Source: an uncultured Chitinophagales bacterium (GTDB taxonomy: Bacteria; Bacteroidota; Bacteroidia; Chitinophagales; S012-47). From it: a stretch of DNA of 64,000 nucleotides. Shown here piece after piece: positions 45,219 to 54,261 of this stretch. The stretch spans positions 68,991 through 132,990 of the forward strand of contig CAYRDC010000002.1 of the NCBI GenBank assembly GCA_964422925.1, written 5' to 3'. A program made the translations under genes and the position numbers. The notes under the pieces were generated by a model. It saw only the letters and a program-made list of their open reading frames with translations, ran no database searches and was not told the DNA's origin. The first letter of the stretch is position 1, and every line of letters starts with the position of its first letter.

Positions 45219-46409
45219 TCAAAAGTTCTTTGACAACTGTTCTTCAATAAACTGCTGTAATTCATCTTCACTGGGCAGTTGCAATTTGTAGCGGCTCACC
45301 AGCACATTATCCTTATCGGCCAGTGCGTAGCGCACCATCTGGGGTTTGCTTTCGGTACAAAGCAGAATGCCAATAGGAGGGTTGTCTCCTTCCTGCATCA
45401 CCTTTTCCTTGTAATACTGCAGGTAAACATTCAGTTGTCCGATGTTTTCGTGCGTAAAACCTTCGGTTTTCAGCTCGATCAATACATGACACTTAAGGAT
45501 TCGATGATAAAATACCAGATCAATGTAGTAGTATTCGTCATCTATCAGTATGCGTTTTTGGCGAGCTTCAAAACAAAACCCGTATCCCAGTTCGAGCAGG
45601 AACTGCTGTAAATGATCAATCAGGGCTCTTTCGAGTTGCGCCTCTTCAAGCGTCTCATTAATGGGTAAGTCCAGGAATTCGAACACCATCGGGTCGCGAA
45701 GTGAAAGCGCTGTGTTTTCCGTTTCTGCTTTTGTATTGGCTAACTGACTTAATTTTTCCTTGTTGGCCGATAATCCTGAACGCTCGTAGAAAAGCGAATT
45801 TATTTGCCGCTTTAATTCCCTGACGCTCCAGGTGCCTTTTATACATTCGACCTCGTAGAAAGTGCGTTTTAGATTATCCTTTATCTTAATTAGCTCAACA
45901 AAGTGTGAGAATGATAAATGCGTTATCAGTTCCGTAGGGGGAACCGAAAGCCTGCTTGGGGATTCTTTTTGTGGTAAGGGTTGTTTCCCCGTAACCTGAC
46001 TTTTTTGCAACCTTTCCCGAGATAAGCGTGCCGTTAATTCGTGGGACAGCGTCCCACGAATTACAGGGTTGTCCAATATGTGGGACAGTGTCCCGCGAAT
46101 TTGATCATTGTCCGGATTGGCAAAGAGTTCGGAGAAGCGTGGGTAGGTGTTATAAAAAATTCGGAACCTTCTTAATTCACCATCACTTACGTTTGACAAT
46201 CCTTTTCTTTTTAAAGCATTGGAAAGGCGCACAAGCAATTTATCGCCATATCGTGCCTTGTCGCTGCCGTTTTGTTCATACTCAACAATATAATAACCGA
46301 TCAACCAATTGCGTATGGTGAGCAGCATATTGATGGCGGATTTCGCCCTGCCCTGAAGCTCATTGTGAACGGCAATTATTTTGTCAGTAAGATGTTTGAG
46401 ATTCATCAT
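45219..46409 (-). CDS. DUF1016 / YhcG-family PD-(D/E)xK nuclease-domain protein
   Basis: 396 aa. The N-terminal INMLLTIRNWLIGYYIVEYEQNG... is typical of YhcG. The C-terminal YYIDLVFYHRILKCHVLIELK is a D...ExK motif. A 4-nt overlap with hsdM is present. Confidence 0.8.
   Translation of the reverse strand: MMNLKHLTDKIIAVHNELQGRAKSAINMLLTIRNWLIGYYIVEYEQNGSDKARYGDKLLVRLSNALKRKGLSNVSDGELRRFRIFYNTYPRFSELFANPDNDQIRGTLSHILDNPVIRGTLSHELTARLSRERLQKSQVTGKQPLPQKESPSRLSVPPTELITHLSFSHFVELIKIKDNLKRTFYEVECIKGTWSVRELKRQINSLFYERSGLSANKEKLSQLANTKAETENTALSLRDPMVFEFLDLPINETLEEAQLERALIDHLQQFLLELGYGFCFEARQKRILIDDEYYYIDLVFYHRILKCHVLIELKTEGFTHENIGQLNVYLQYYKEKVMQEGDNPPIGILLCTESKPQMVRYALADKDNVLVSRYKLQLPSEDELQQFIEEQLSKNF
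46036..46102. repeat. Two copies of a GTGGGACAG(C/T)GTCCC(A/G)CGAATT hairpin-forming unit inside the DUF1016 CDS
   Basis: 46036-46062 is a perfect 12-bp-arm palindrome, AATTCGTGGGAC-agc-GTCCCACGAATT. A diverged copy lies at 46080-46102. The protein shows the corresponding duplicated IRGTLSH peptide. Confidence 0.6.
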
Positions 46410-47956
46410 TCCACCATTCGCTGAATTTCTTCCATCAATTTGAAAATTTTCAGTTCTTTCTCCATGATGGAACGCACAAGTTCCTTTGGATCCCTGTATT
46501 CAAACTCGCTCTTACGGTTGGGGTTTTTGAGGTCAAGGTTCACCGTTACATTGCCTCTGTCGTCCCGGCCGATAACCTCAGCTGCCGTAACCTTCCAGGC
46601 ATGCTCGTTTTCTTCCCGTTTATTCCACCAGGCCTTTACCGGTTCAAATTCGGAGTATTGCAGGGGACGGGTTTTGCTGTATTTCCTGCGGTCTTCCGGT
46701 ACGGGTACTTCATAGTACCATATTTCCTCCGTGGGGCCACCATGTTCGAAAAACAGCAGGTTGCAGGGAATGTCGGTATAAGGTGCGAACACGCCATCGC
46801 CCAGGCGCACAATGGTGTGCAGGTTAAAGTCCTCCAAAAGTTGTTTTTTTATTCGTGCGGCCACGCCATCGGCAAACAGTGTTCCGTTGGGTACCACCAC
46901 GGCTGCCCTGCCGCCCCGGGTACCGGCTTTTTTCCTTCTCAGTTTCCGCATAATGAGCTGTAAGAAAAGCAGGGCCGTTTCGGTTGTCCGTTTGTCTTCG
47001 GGGAAATTGTTCAGGATGCCTTTTTCTTCTGACCCGCCAAAAGGCGGGTTAGTTATAATGATGTCTACCCGTTCGCTGTCGCCAATATCTTTCAGGGGTT
47101 TCCCCAGGGAATTGCGCGGGTCAATCCGGGGAAAATCCATCCCGTGGAGAAGCAGGTTCATCTGGCAAAGCAGGTAGGGCAGGGGTTTTGCTTCCCCGCC
47201 ATAAACAGACCTGGTTTGCAGGATTTTCGAATCCTCTACGGTTTTGCATTGTTTTTTCAGGTGTTCAAATGCCTGCACCAGGAAGCCGCCTGTGCCGGCT
47301 GCCGGGTCCAGAACGGTTTCACCCAGCTGTGGGTTTATCATTTCCACCATAAACTGTACAACCGGGCGGGGGGTGTAGAATTCGCCCGCGTCTCCGGCAG
47401 CGTCCCGCATTTCCTTCAGAAGGCTTTCATACAGGTGGGCTAAGGTATAAATCTCTTCATTGGAGGTAAAGTGGATGCCGTCAATTTTATTAATGACATC
47501 CCGCAGTAAATAGCCATTGATCATCCGGTTAACCACACCCCTGAAAACAGTGGCGATTACGTCTTTGCGATTTGTGCCGTTTTCGCTTTGTAATGAGCGC
47601 AGATAAAACAATAGGCCGGGACCTTCTGTGCCGTCCGGCAGGGTGCATTTTTCCTGGTTTATAAAAGCCAGCAGGTCATCGCCCGTAAGCCCCTGGTTCC
47701 GGGCCCAATCGCGCCAGCGGTAGGGCGCTTCAATGGCCGGTCTGTATGGCTTGCCGGCCAGTTGGGCTTCCGTCTCCTGCATTGTTTCCATATCATCCAG
47801 AAATTTGAGGAACATAATCCAGGTAAGCATGGGCAGCCGGTCTGCATCACCGTTCAACCCCTTGTCTTTCCGCATAATATTGCGGCAGGACTTTACGATA
47901 GCTGAGAGCCTTTGCGCAGTGGTCAGCGGTTTTTGTTCTTTTTTTCTTCTACTCAT
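46406..47956 (-). CDS. hsdM: Type I restriction-modification N6-adenine DNA methyltransferase subunit
   Basis: 516 aa. It has the HsdM N-domain, GEFYTPR, DPAAGTGGFL (motif I) and IIITNPPFGG (motif IV). Confidence 0.93.
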   Translation of the reverse strand: MSRRKKEQKPLTTAQRLSAIVKSCRNIMRKDKGLNGDADRLPMLTWIMFLKFLDDMETMQETEAQLAGKPYRPAIEAPYRWRDWARNQGLTGDDLLAFINQEKCTLPDGTEGPGLLFYLRSLQSENGTNRKDVIATVFRGVVNRMINGYLLRDVINKIDGIHFTSNEEIYTLAHLYESLLKEMRDAAGDAGEFYTPRPVVQFMVEMINPQLGETVLDPAAGTGGFLVQAFEHLKKQCKTVEDSKILQTRSVYGGEAKPLPYLLCQMNLLLHGMDFPRIDPRNSLGKPLKDIGDSERVDIIITNPPFGGSEEKGILNNFPEDKRTTETALLFLQLIMRKLRRKKAGTRGGRAAVVVPNGTLFADGVAARIKKQLLEDFNLHTIVRLGDGVFAPYTDIPCNLLFFEHGGPTEEIWYYEVPVPEDRRKYSKTRPLQYSEFEPVKAWWNKREENEHAWKVTAAEVIGRDDRGNVTVNLDLKNPNRKSEFEYRDPKELVRSIMEKELKIFKLMEEIQRMVE

Positions 47957-48000
47957 TGTCTGAATCAGGATTTGTAGAATTACAGGATTCTCTGAATTAA

Positions 48001-48432
48001 TTAATCTCGATGCAATACAGACTTTCTTGCTTTGGAATTTTTCCGCGCTGGCTTTGGATGATATTTGGGGTTAAACATGAGTTTGTATTCCAGGCTTTTA
48101 CCGCCAAAATTTATCAGCAGTCCCAATGGAAAGTCATAAGCAACTGTGTAGTTTTTTGCCTGGGCTATGTGTACATCCTCTAATGCAACCAAGGCTTTTA
48201 TTTCCACCACTACTTTGTCCTCAACAATAAAATCAGCCCTACGGGTGCCTACCTCAATATTTTCATAATAAACAGTTTGTTCCTGCTCCCTCACAAATCC
48301 CAATCCTGCTCTTTCAAATTCAATGGCAAGGCATCGTTGATAAATCACTTCCTGAAAACCGGGCCCCATGGTATTGTGCACTTTCATGGCACACCCGATT
48401 ATCGTGTATGTAATCTCATCTTTAATGGACAT
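48001..48432 (-). CDS. GxxExxY-family protein
   Basis: 143 aa. GPGFQEVIYQRCL (G-x-x-E-x-x-Y) and ...ADFIVEDKVVVEIKA form a PD-(D/E)xK-like core. Confidence 0.8.
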   Translation of the reverse strand: MSIKDEITYTIIGCAMKVHNTMGPGFQEVIYQRCLAIEFERAGLGFVREQEQTVYYENIEVGTRRADFIVEDKVVVEIKALVALEDVHIAQAKNYTVAYDFPLGLLINFGGKSLEYKLMFNPKYHPKPARKNSKARKSVLHRD

Positions 48433-48491
48433 GGAGATTCTTCATTTCAATTCTGTACATTCATCAATTCTGAGAATTCTGATTTAGACAG

Positions 48492-50888
48492 TTACGCAGC
48501 ATATAAAAGTTGCTGCAATTCTTCTAAAGCTTTTTTAAGATTATCTACTCCGCCAAAGGCATCGGCAATCTCCAGGATGTTGCCTTTATCAGATATTGGT
48601 GGTGTTTTTAAAATTTCGGTATCAATTTGTTTCAAGCCAAACTGAATGTATTTATCCAGGATTATATTTAGTATTTCACGGGCTGTTTCACTGTATTGGG
48701 CAAAATAGTCAGGCTTGTTTTTTTTCAGCAGTTCCGCTCTTTGTTTACGGGTTTTGGGTTTAAGGTCAAAGGCTACATGACAAAGAAGATCGAACGGATC
48801 GGCATCGGGTTGCTTTACAATATCGGCCAGTTGCTCAAGGGCAATACCCTTTTCCTCCAGTTTCTCAAATAAGGTTTTACGCTGTGTAAGGTCATTCCAG
48901 AAGTTCTGAAGGTCTTTAATTGTCGGAAACATAGTGCGGATTTGCTCCCGGGCATATTGCGTGTACTGTATCGTTCGAAGTTTACCGTATGCGTCAGTTA
49001 TCTGTACTGTTTCGTGGGCAATGGTTACGACCCCTTCTTCCAGATAAAATTTCCGGGGTTCTCCTTCGTCACTACCTGATGAACCACCTGGTATTTCATC
49101 GATGATGATACCTTCATCTTCAGGCGGCCCGGCAGGATATTCTTCAATTACAGTTCCTTCAATAGTTTCACCTTCATCGTCAATTTGCTCAGATGTAATA
49201 AGGGGTGGATCACCGTCAAATTCAGGATCTGCAAAATTTCGGGAGGCACTACCTGTATAATCCAGTATAGTGAAGAAAAATTTGTTTTTATCATCCCTTA
49301 CACGGGTACCCCTGCCAATGATCTGCTTAAATTCGGTCATGGAGTTCACCATCCGGAAGATAACGATGTTGCGGCAGGTAGGTACATCAACTCCTGTACT
49401 CAATAACCGGGAAGTTGTGACAATCACCGGGAATTCTTCATCAATATCCATGAAACAGCTCAGGTAACCTCTGCCTGTATCACCCTCATCAGATACAATT
49501 CGAACTACATAATCCGGGTTTTCGCGGGTTATGTCGTTATTGAGATTATTCAATTCCCTCCGCATTTGATCTGCATGTTCCTGATCAACGCAGAACACAA
49601 TGGTTTTGTCGAACCGGCCATTTTTTGTCATAAAATCGAACAAATGCCTGGCAACAGCTTTTGTACGGGGAAGGTAGGAGAGCGTGCGTTCAAAATCGGG
49701 CGTAGTGTATATTCCGTCTGGAATAGTTTGTCCATATTTATCTTTTTGTCCCTCCTGAGGACGGAAACCGGTTGCGTCCACATCCGTAACTATCCGGTGA
49801 ACAATGTAAGGTGCTAAAAACCCGTCTTCAATACCTTGCCTTAAGCTATAAGTGTAAATAGGGTTACCGAAATACGCGTAAGTATCTTTGTTGTCGTCCC
49901 TTAGAGGGGTGGCAGTCAGGCCAAGCTGCACCGCAGAGGAAAAATATTTAAGAATAATTTTCCAGTTGCTGTCTTCTGCTGCGCTTCCCCGATGGCACTC
50001 ATCCACCACAATAAGATCAAAGAAATTGCGGGGGAACCTGCGGAATAGTCCAGTACGGCTTGCGTCTTCCGCGATGGCCTGATAAGTTGAGAAGTAGATT
50101 TCACGGCTTGTTACCGGTCCGTCTTCCGAAATTAGGCACCGGGCGTCACCGAACAGGACAAAATCCTTTGAGTGGGGATCCTCTACCAGTACAGTTCTGT
50201 CAGCAAGAAAGAGCACTTTTGGCCTTCTGTATTCTCCGGTTCGGTTCCATCGATTGTGCCAGAGTTTGTAAATAATTTGGAAAGCAACAGTAGTTTTTCC
50301 TGTCCCGGTGGCCATAGTAAGCAGTACTCGTGTTTTTCCGTCAAGGATAGCTTTTACAGCCCGGTTAATGGCGATGGTTTGATAGTATCTGACTTGTTTG
50401 TCGGGAATCTTCACCAGTGGTTTCAACAAGGTTTCCCTGGTTTCTTCACTGACCGGATCAATATGGTTGAGCCGGTTCCAAAGTTCATCGGGAGTAGGAT
50501 ATGAAGCGATTTCTTTTTCAATTCCGGTGGTGAAATCGTATTCCAGTATTTGTTTTCCGTTAGTGGAATATGCGAATTGCAATCCAAGGATTTGCGCGTA
50601 TTCTTTTGCCTGTTGCATCCCATCGGCCGCATTTTTATACCTGGTTTTTGCTTCCACAATGGCTATGGGGAAATCAGTGGAATACCGAAGCAGGTAGTCA
50701 AACCGTTTTCCTTTTCTCCTTCTTGCCCTGCGTCCGATAACGATGATCTTTCCGGGAGTGAAAGTTCGTTGTTCCAGTATCTGATCGTCATTCCACCCCG
50801 CTTTCTTCAACTGGGGCACAACCTCCTTACGGCAGGTGTCTGCTTCACTATCCTGTTCGAGGATTATTATTTTCTTTTCCTCATTCAT
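48492..50888 (-). CDS. hsdR: Type I restriction enzyme R subunit
   Basis: From the ATG at 50888: N-terminal nuclease region (FDYLL...AIVEAK), helicase motifs MATGTGKT and VVDECHRGSA, ...TATP..., and a C-terminal EcoEI-R-type helical domain. Confidence 0.92.
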   Translation of the reverse strand: MNEEKKIIILEQDSEADTCRKEVVPQLKKAGWNDDQILEQRTFTPGKIIVIGRRARRRKGKRFDYLLRYSTDFPIAIVEAKTRYKNAADGMQQAKEYAQILGLQFAYSTNGKQILEYDFTTGIEKEIASYPTPDELWNRLNHIDPVSEETRETLLKPLVKIPDKQVRYYQTIAINRAVKAILDGKTRVLLTMATGTGKTTVAFQIIYKLWHNRWNRTGEYRRPKVLFLADRTVLVEDPHSKDFVLFGDARCLISEDGPVTSREIYFSTYQAIAEDASRTGLFRRFPRNFFDLIVVDECHRGSAAEDSNWKIILKYFSSAVQLGLTATPLRDDNKDTYAYFGNPIYTYSLRQGIEDGFLAPYIVHRIVTDVDATGFRPQEGQKDKYGQTIPDGIYTTPDFERTLSYLPRTKAVARHLFDFMTKNGRFDKTIVFCVDQEHADQMRRELNNLNNDITRENPDYVVRIVSDEGDTGRGYLSCFMDIDEEFPVIVTTSRLLSTGVDVPTCRNIVIFRMVNSMTEFKQIIGRGTRVRDDKNKFFFTILDYTGSASRNFADPEFDGDPPLITSEQIDDEGETIEGTVIEEYPAGPPEDEGIIIDEIPGGSSGSDEGEPRKFYLEEGVVTIAHETVQITDAYGKLRTIQYTQYAREQIRTMFPTIKDLQNFWNDLTQRKTLFEKLEEKGIALEQLADIVKQPDADPFDLLCHVAFDLKPKTRKQRAELLKKNKPDYFAQYSETAREILNIILDKYIQFGLKQIDTEILKTPPISDKGNILEIADAFGGVDNLKKALEELQQLLYAA

Positions 50889-51188
50889 CAACAATAAACA
50901 AAAATATAGTATTTCTCTCAATTTGTAGGCGTAACCATAACCACTTCCAGTAAATGAGTTATAACTGCCATGCATTGGATTAAAATAGAATGTCCTTCAG
51001 TTTGACTTTGACAGATAGGTGTGCTGAACTTTGTCATAGTACGGATTGGTAGCAAATAGACTACAATCCTTCCCGCACCGTTTATACCTCGATTGCGTAC
51101 CTGTAGGGTATGGCGTAGCTTTGAAGCCGTTGCCGGCTCAGTCCTGGCATCACGCGCTTTTTTGCCCGGACTATATCGTTATCCTTCT

Positions 51189-52034
51189 ATGATCAAAAAG
51201 ATTCTTCCCCTGTGTATTTTCCTGGCCGCGAGCCTGATGGGTTATACCCAGGAAGCAGATACTTCTGCCTCATTGTTTGTTCGCGTGATGATCATTCCTT
51301 TTAACCCGCAGGATTACCTTTCGGATGCCGACCAGCAACTGGCCGAGTATAACCAGCTATCCGTGGAGCAGGTGCGCGAGCGTTTCCGCTACGGGCTGGA
51401 AGCCAGCCTCAATGCCCGTATTTTAAGTGATGATAAATTTGATACCCAGCGCTTTGTCAGCGATGACGAGGAACTGAATGAAGACCTGAAGCAGATTTAC
51501 TACGGATACGGCCTCAAATATGAAAAGCCCAAAGTGCCTGTGCTGGAAGATGACCAGCGAGCCAAAAAGAGCTTCGGTGAAAAGCTGGCGGCCCTGTTCC
51601 GGGACGACAGCCCCTCGCCCGATGCCCTGGATGAAGTGAACCTGGGCGAAGTCTATGCCAGCACCCCGGAAGACGAATACCTGAACGTGCACCTGGCCAG
51701 CCAGCGCATGCTGCCTGAACTGGCTGAAAAATATGATGTGGATTTTTTCGTGTTCCTCAACATGTTTGAAGTGAAGACCGATTACGAGACCTGCCTGGAC
51801 CGGGCAACCAATAATTTCAGGCGGGAGTTTACGGTTCATTTTTCCATATTCGATGCCAAAGGCCGGCAGGTTTACGGCAATGCCGCCCGCCTGTACACCG
51901 ATTCCAACACCCTTGACATGACGGAAATCGTTAGCCGCTACATCCCGAAACTCACGGCTTTCATTTACGAACAAATTCCCCGCAACCCCAGGGTGAAATA
52001 CAGGAAATCAAAACCTTTGACGGCAGATGAATGA
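51189..52034 (+). CDS. Hypothetical secreted protein
   Basis: From the ATG at 51189 the signal peptide is MIKKILPLCIFLAASLMGYTQ. The family was not recognised. Confidence 0.5.
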   Translation: MIKKILPLCIFLAASLMGYTQEADTSASLFVRVMIIPFNPQDYLSDADQQLAEYNQLSVEQVRERFRYGLEASLNARILSDDKFDTQRFVSDDEELNEDLKQIYYGYGLKYEKPKVPVLEDDQRAKKSFGEKLAALFRDDSPSPDALDEVNLGEVYASTPEDEYLNVHLASQRMLPELAEKYDVDFFVFLNMFEVKTDYETCLDRATNNFRREFTVHFSIFDAKGRQVYGNAARLYTDSNTLDMTEIVSRYIPKLTAFIYEQIPRNPRVKYRKSKPLTADE

Positions 52035-52551
52035 ATCCGGGCCGGAAGATTATTTCGCGGTGTTCAACCTGAAACCCGGGCTCCGGGTTGATGAGGCCGG
52101 GCTCAAACAGTTTTATATTTCGGCTCATAGGCGCCTGAAACCCGATTTTTTCACCGGAAAAGATCCGGCCGCGGAGCTGCAGAAGCTGGAGTTAGCGGAA
52201 AGGCTCGACCGGGCTTACCGGGTGCTGATGGATCCCGTGCAGCGCCTGGTGGCTTATTTTGAGCAAACCTGTGATTTCCAGCAGGCCATATGGCAGATTT
52301 CCGAACAGGATATACCGGAGGAATGGCTGCAGTGGTTCGGGCGCGACCCGGTGAACGCTTCAAAAACCTGGTCGGAAGAAGCCGGAGAGGCGTTCCCACT
52401 GTGCTGGAACGGGCTCAGACAGGAGATCAGGGATTTTATCGGCCGGCTCCCGGAGGGGCAGGAGCCGGATTGTTTCATGATGCTTCATTTATACAAGAAG
52501 GCGCGATACTTGTTGGGGGTTCGGGAATCTTTGGATAATTTTGCGGGCTGA
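52027..52551 (+). CDS. J-domain-like hypothetical protein (degenerate, no HPD)
   Basis: DYFAVFNLKPG...LKQFYISAHRRLKPDFF...AERLDRAYRVLMDPVQR resembles a J domain, but the motif is KPD rather than HPD. Confidence 0.35.
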   Translation: MNESGPEDYFAVFNLKPGLRVDEAGLKQFYISAHRRLKPDFFTGKDPAAELQKLELAERLDRAYRVLMDPVQRLVAYFEQTCDFQQAIWQISEQDIPEEWLQWFGRDPVNASKTWSEEAGEAFPLCWNGLRQEIRDFIGRLPEGQEPDCFMMLHLYKKARYLLGVRESLDNFAG

Positions 52552-52557
52552 CGAACG

Positions 52558-52643
52558 GCCCAGGTGGCGGAATTGGTAGACGCGCTGGTCTCAAAAACCA
52601 GTGGGAATTTCCCGTGCCGGTTCGACTCCGGCCCTGGGCACCA
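52558..52643 (+). tRNA. tRNA-Leu (anticodon CAA), CCA encoded
   Basis: Hand-folded cloverleaf. Acceptor stem GCCCAGG/CCTGGGC, D stem GCG/CGC, anticodon stem CTGGT/ACCAG with loop CTCAAAA. The long variable arm is GGGA-att-TCCC. The T arm is GCCGG-TTCGACT-CCGGC, with discriminator A + CCA. Confidence 0.9.
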
Positions 52644-52644
52644 G

Positions 52645-52673
52645 GCTCAAACCCAAGGGTTTGGGCTTTTTTT
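52645..52673. terminator. Hairpin plus T7 tract after tRNA-Leu (potentially bidirectional)
   Basis: GCTCAAACCC-aa-GGGTTTGGGC (one mismatch) is followed by TTTTTTT. The convergent glycosyltransferase gene ends at 52680. Confidence 0.6.
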
Positions 52674-52679
52674 AGCGGG

Positions 52680-53420
52680 TTACACGGACGGGTTGCGGTA
52701 TTTTTTCCGGATGGAGGTAAAGCGAAGGTACCACACACCGGAAAAGGCTTCCTTGAATATCCGCATGCTCATCTTGGATTTTCCCTTCAGCCGGTCTATA
52801 AACACAATGGGCACTTCCTGGATCCGGAATCCCAGGCGCCAGGCAGCGTATTTCATTTCAATCTGGAAAGCGTAGCCGATAAACCGTACATGGTCGAGAT
52901 TAATGGTACGCAAAACCTTTGCCTGATAACATACAAACCCTGCTGTGGTGTCGTGCACCGGTATCCAGGTGATGATGCGCACATACAGGCTGGCGAGGTA
53001 AGACATCATGATCCGGCTGAACGGCCAGTCTTTCACCTTGCCTCCGCGGCAATACCGGGAACCTACCGCTACATCGGCCCCCTCTTCCCGGCAGGCTTTC
53101 ATCAGCCGGGGTAAATCCTCCGGATTGTGCGAAAAATCCGCATCCATTTCGAACAAGTAATCGTATCCGTGTTCCAGCCCCCAACGGAACCCGTGGATGT
53201 ATGCCGTGCCCAGGCCCTGCTTACCGGGGCGGCATTCGAGATGCAGCCGGCCGGAAGTAGCCGCCATCTTCTGACGAACAATTTCCGCGGTGCCGTCCGG
53301 TGAATTGTCATCCACTACCAGGATATGAAAATCACCCGGTTGCGCCAGTACGGCATCAATAATATCGCTGATGTTTTCCTTCTCGTTGTAGGTCGGAATA
53401 ATGACTAGCGGCTTGCTCAA
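52680..53420 (-). CDS. GT2 polyprenol-phosphate mannosyltransferase-like glycosyltransferase
   Basis: VIIPTYNEKENI...ILVVDDNSPDGT...MDADFSHNPEDL gives a Dpm1/GT2 pattern. Confidence 0.85.
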   Translation of the reverse strand: MSKPLVIIPTYNEKENISDIIDAVLAQPGDFHILVVDDNSPDGTAEIVRQKMAATSGRLHLECRPGKQGLGTAYIHGFRWGLEHGYDYLFEMDADFSHNPEDLPRLMKACREEGADVAVGSRYCRGGKVKDWPFSRIMMSYLASLYVRIITWIPVHDTTAGFVCYQAKVLRTINLDHVRFIGYAFQIEMKYAAWRLGFRIQEVPIVFIDRLKGKSKMSMRIFKEAFSGVWYLRFTSIRKKYRNPSV

Positions 53421-53486
53421 GACTGGAAATGTTTATAGAAACTGCCTGCAAATATAGAATAACAGAATTTTACGAAGTTAAATTCA

Positions 53487-54251
53487 TCAATTGTGTTTCA
53501 TGGTCAGCTTGATTTCCTTTAGTTTCAGCTTGGTGTGCTGCATGAAATCACTGCGCATAATCCAGCTGTAATATGTCGGTTCCCTTTCCAGCACATCCCT
53601 GACTTTTTCGCCTTTGTGCTTCCCGAAATTGAACACCGGTTCCCCGTTTACGTAAATCATCCGCCTGCCCAGGTCCACGTATTCCACGTCTTTGGAAATT
53701 TCATTCAGGGAATCCACATCGTTCTCAAGTTCCTCGTAGCGGTCGAGTTGGGCCTGAAGCACTTCATAGGTGGCGCGTATGTCTGCCAGGGCCGAATGGG
53801 CATCCGGGAATTCCTTTTCACAATAAAATTTGTAGGCGGCTGTCAGATCCCTTTTTTCCATGGCGGTGAAAATCCGGTACACATCGATCATTCTCCGGGT
53901 TTTCACTTCAAATACCATCCCCACCCGCAGGAATTCTTCCACCAGGAGGGGTATGTCGAACCGGTTGCTGTTGTACCCGGCCAGGTCAGCGTCATTCAGG
54001 AATTCAAAAATTTCCCGGGCTTTTTCTGAAAAAGTCGGAAAGTCCCTGACCATTTCATTGGTATAGCCGTGAATCCTGGTGGCTTCTTCCGATATCGGTA
54101 CCGTGGGGTTCAGTTTGTATAATTTGCTTTCTTCGCTGTGATCAGGATTGACTTTCAGGATTCCCAGTTCAATAATCCGGTCGGTGGCTACATTGGTGCC
54201 CGTGGATTCAATATCGATAATAGCCAGGGGCTTCTTCAGGTTCAGTTTCAT
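53487..54251 (-). CDS. DEDDh 3'-5' exonuclease (DnaQ/epsilon-like)
   Basis: AIIDIESTGTN (ExoI), GYNSNRFDIPLL (ExoII) and HSALADIRATYEV (ExoIII, H-x4-D). Confidence 0.85.
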   Translation of the reverse strand: MKLNLKKPLAIIDIESTGTNVATDRIIELGILKVNPDHSEESKLYKLNPTVPISEEATRIHGYTNEMVRDFPTFSEKAREIFEFLNDADLAGYNSNRFDIPLLVEEFLRVGMVFEVKTRRMIDVYRIFTAMEKRDLTAAYKFYCEKEFPDAHSALADIRATYEVLQAQLDRYEELENDVDSLNEISKDVEYVDLGRRMIYVNGEPVFNFGKHKGEKVRDVLEREPTYYSWIMRSDFMQHTKLKLKEIKLTMKHN

Positions 54252-54261
54252 AAAAAGGGCT

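Larger units (their letters stand above)
39339..50975. other. Accessory (defence-type) island, AT-richer than its flanks by eye, with no integrase or transposase
   Basis: The island is bounded by rseP (left) and GC-rich hypothetical genes (right). It contains an S24/TcmP/DUF5131 operon, a Ubl-E2-JAB::E1 cassette and a type I R-M system. Codon usage shifts to AAA/ATT/GAT-rich. Confidence 0.65.

Noticed and set aside
52558-52643. tRNA-Leu as the integration site of the island
   Set aside because: The tRNA is about 1.5 kb from the island edge, with two GC-rich native-looking genes in between. I saw no integrase and no duplicated tRNA 3' fragment at the other junction.
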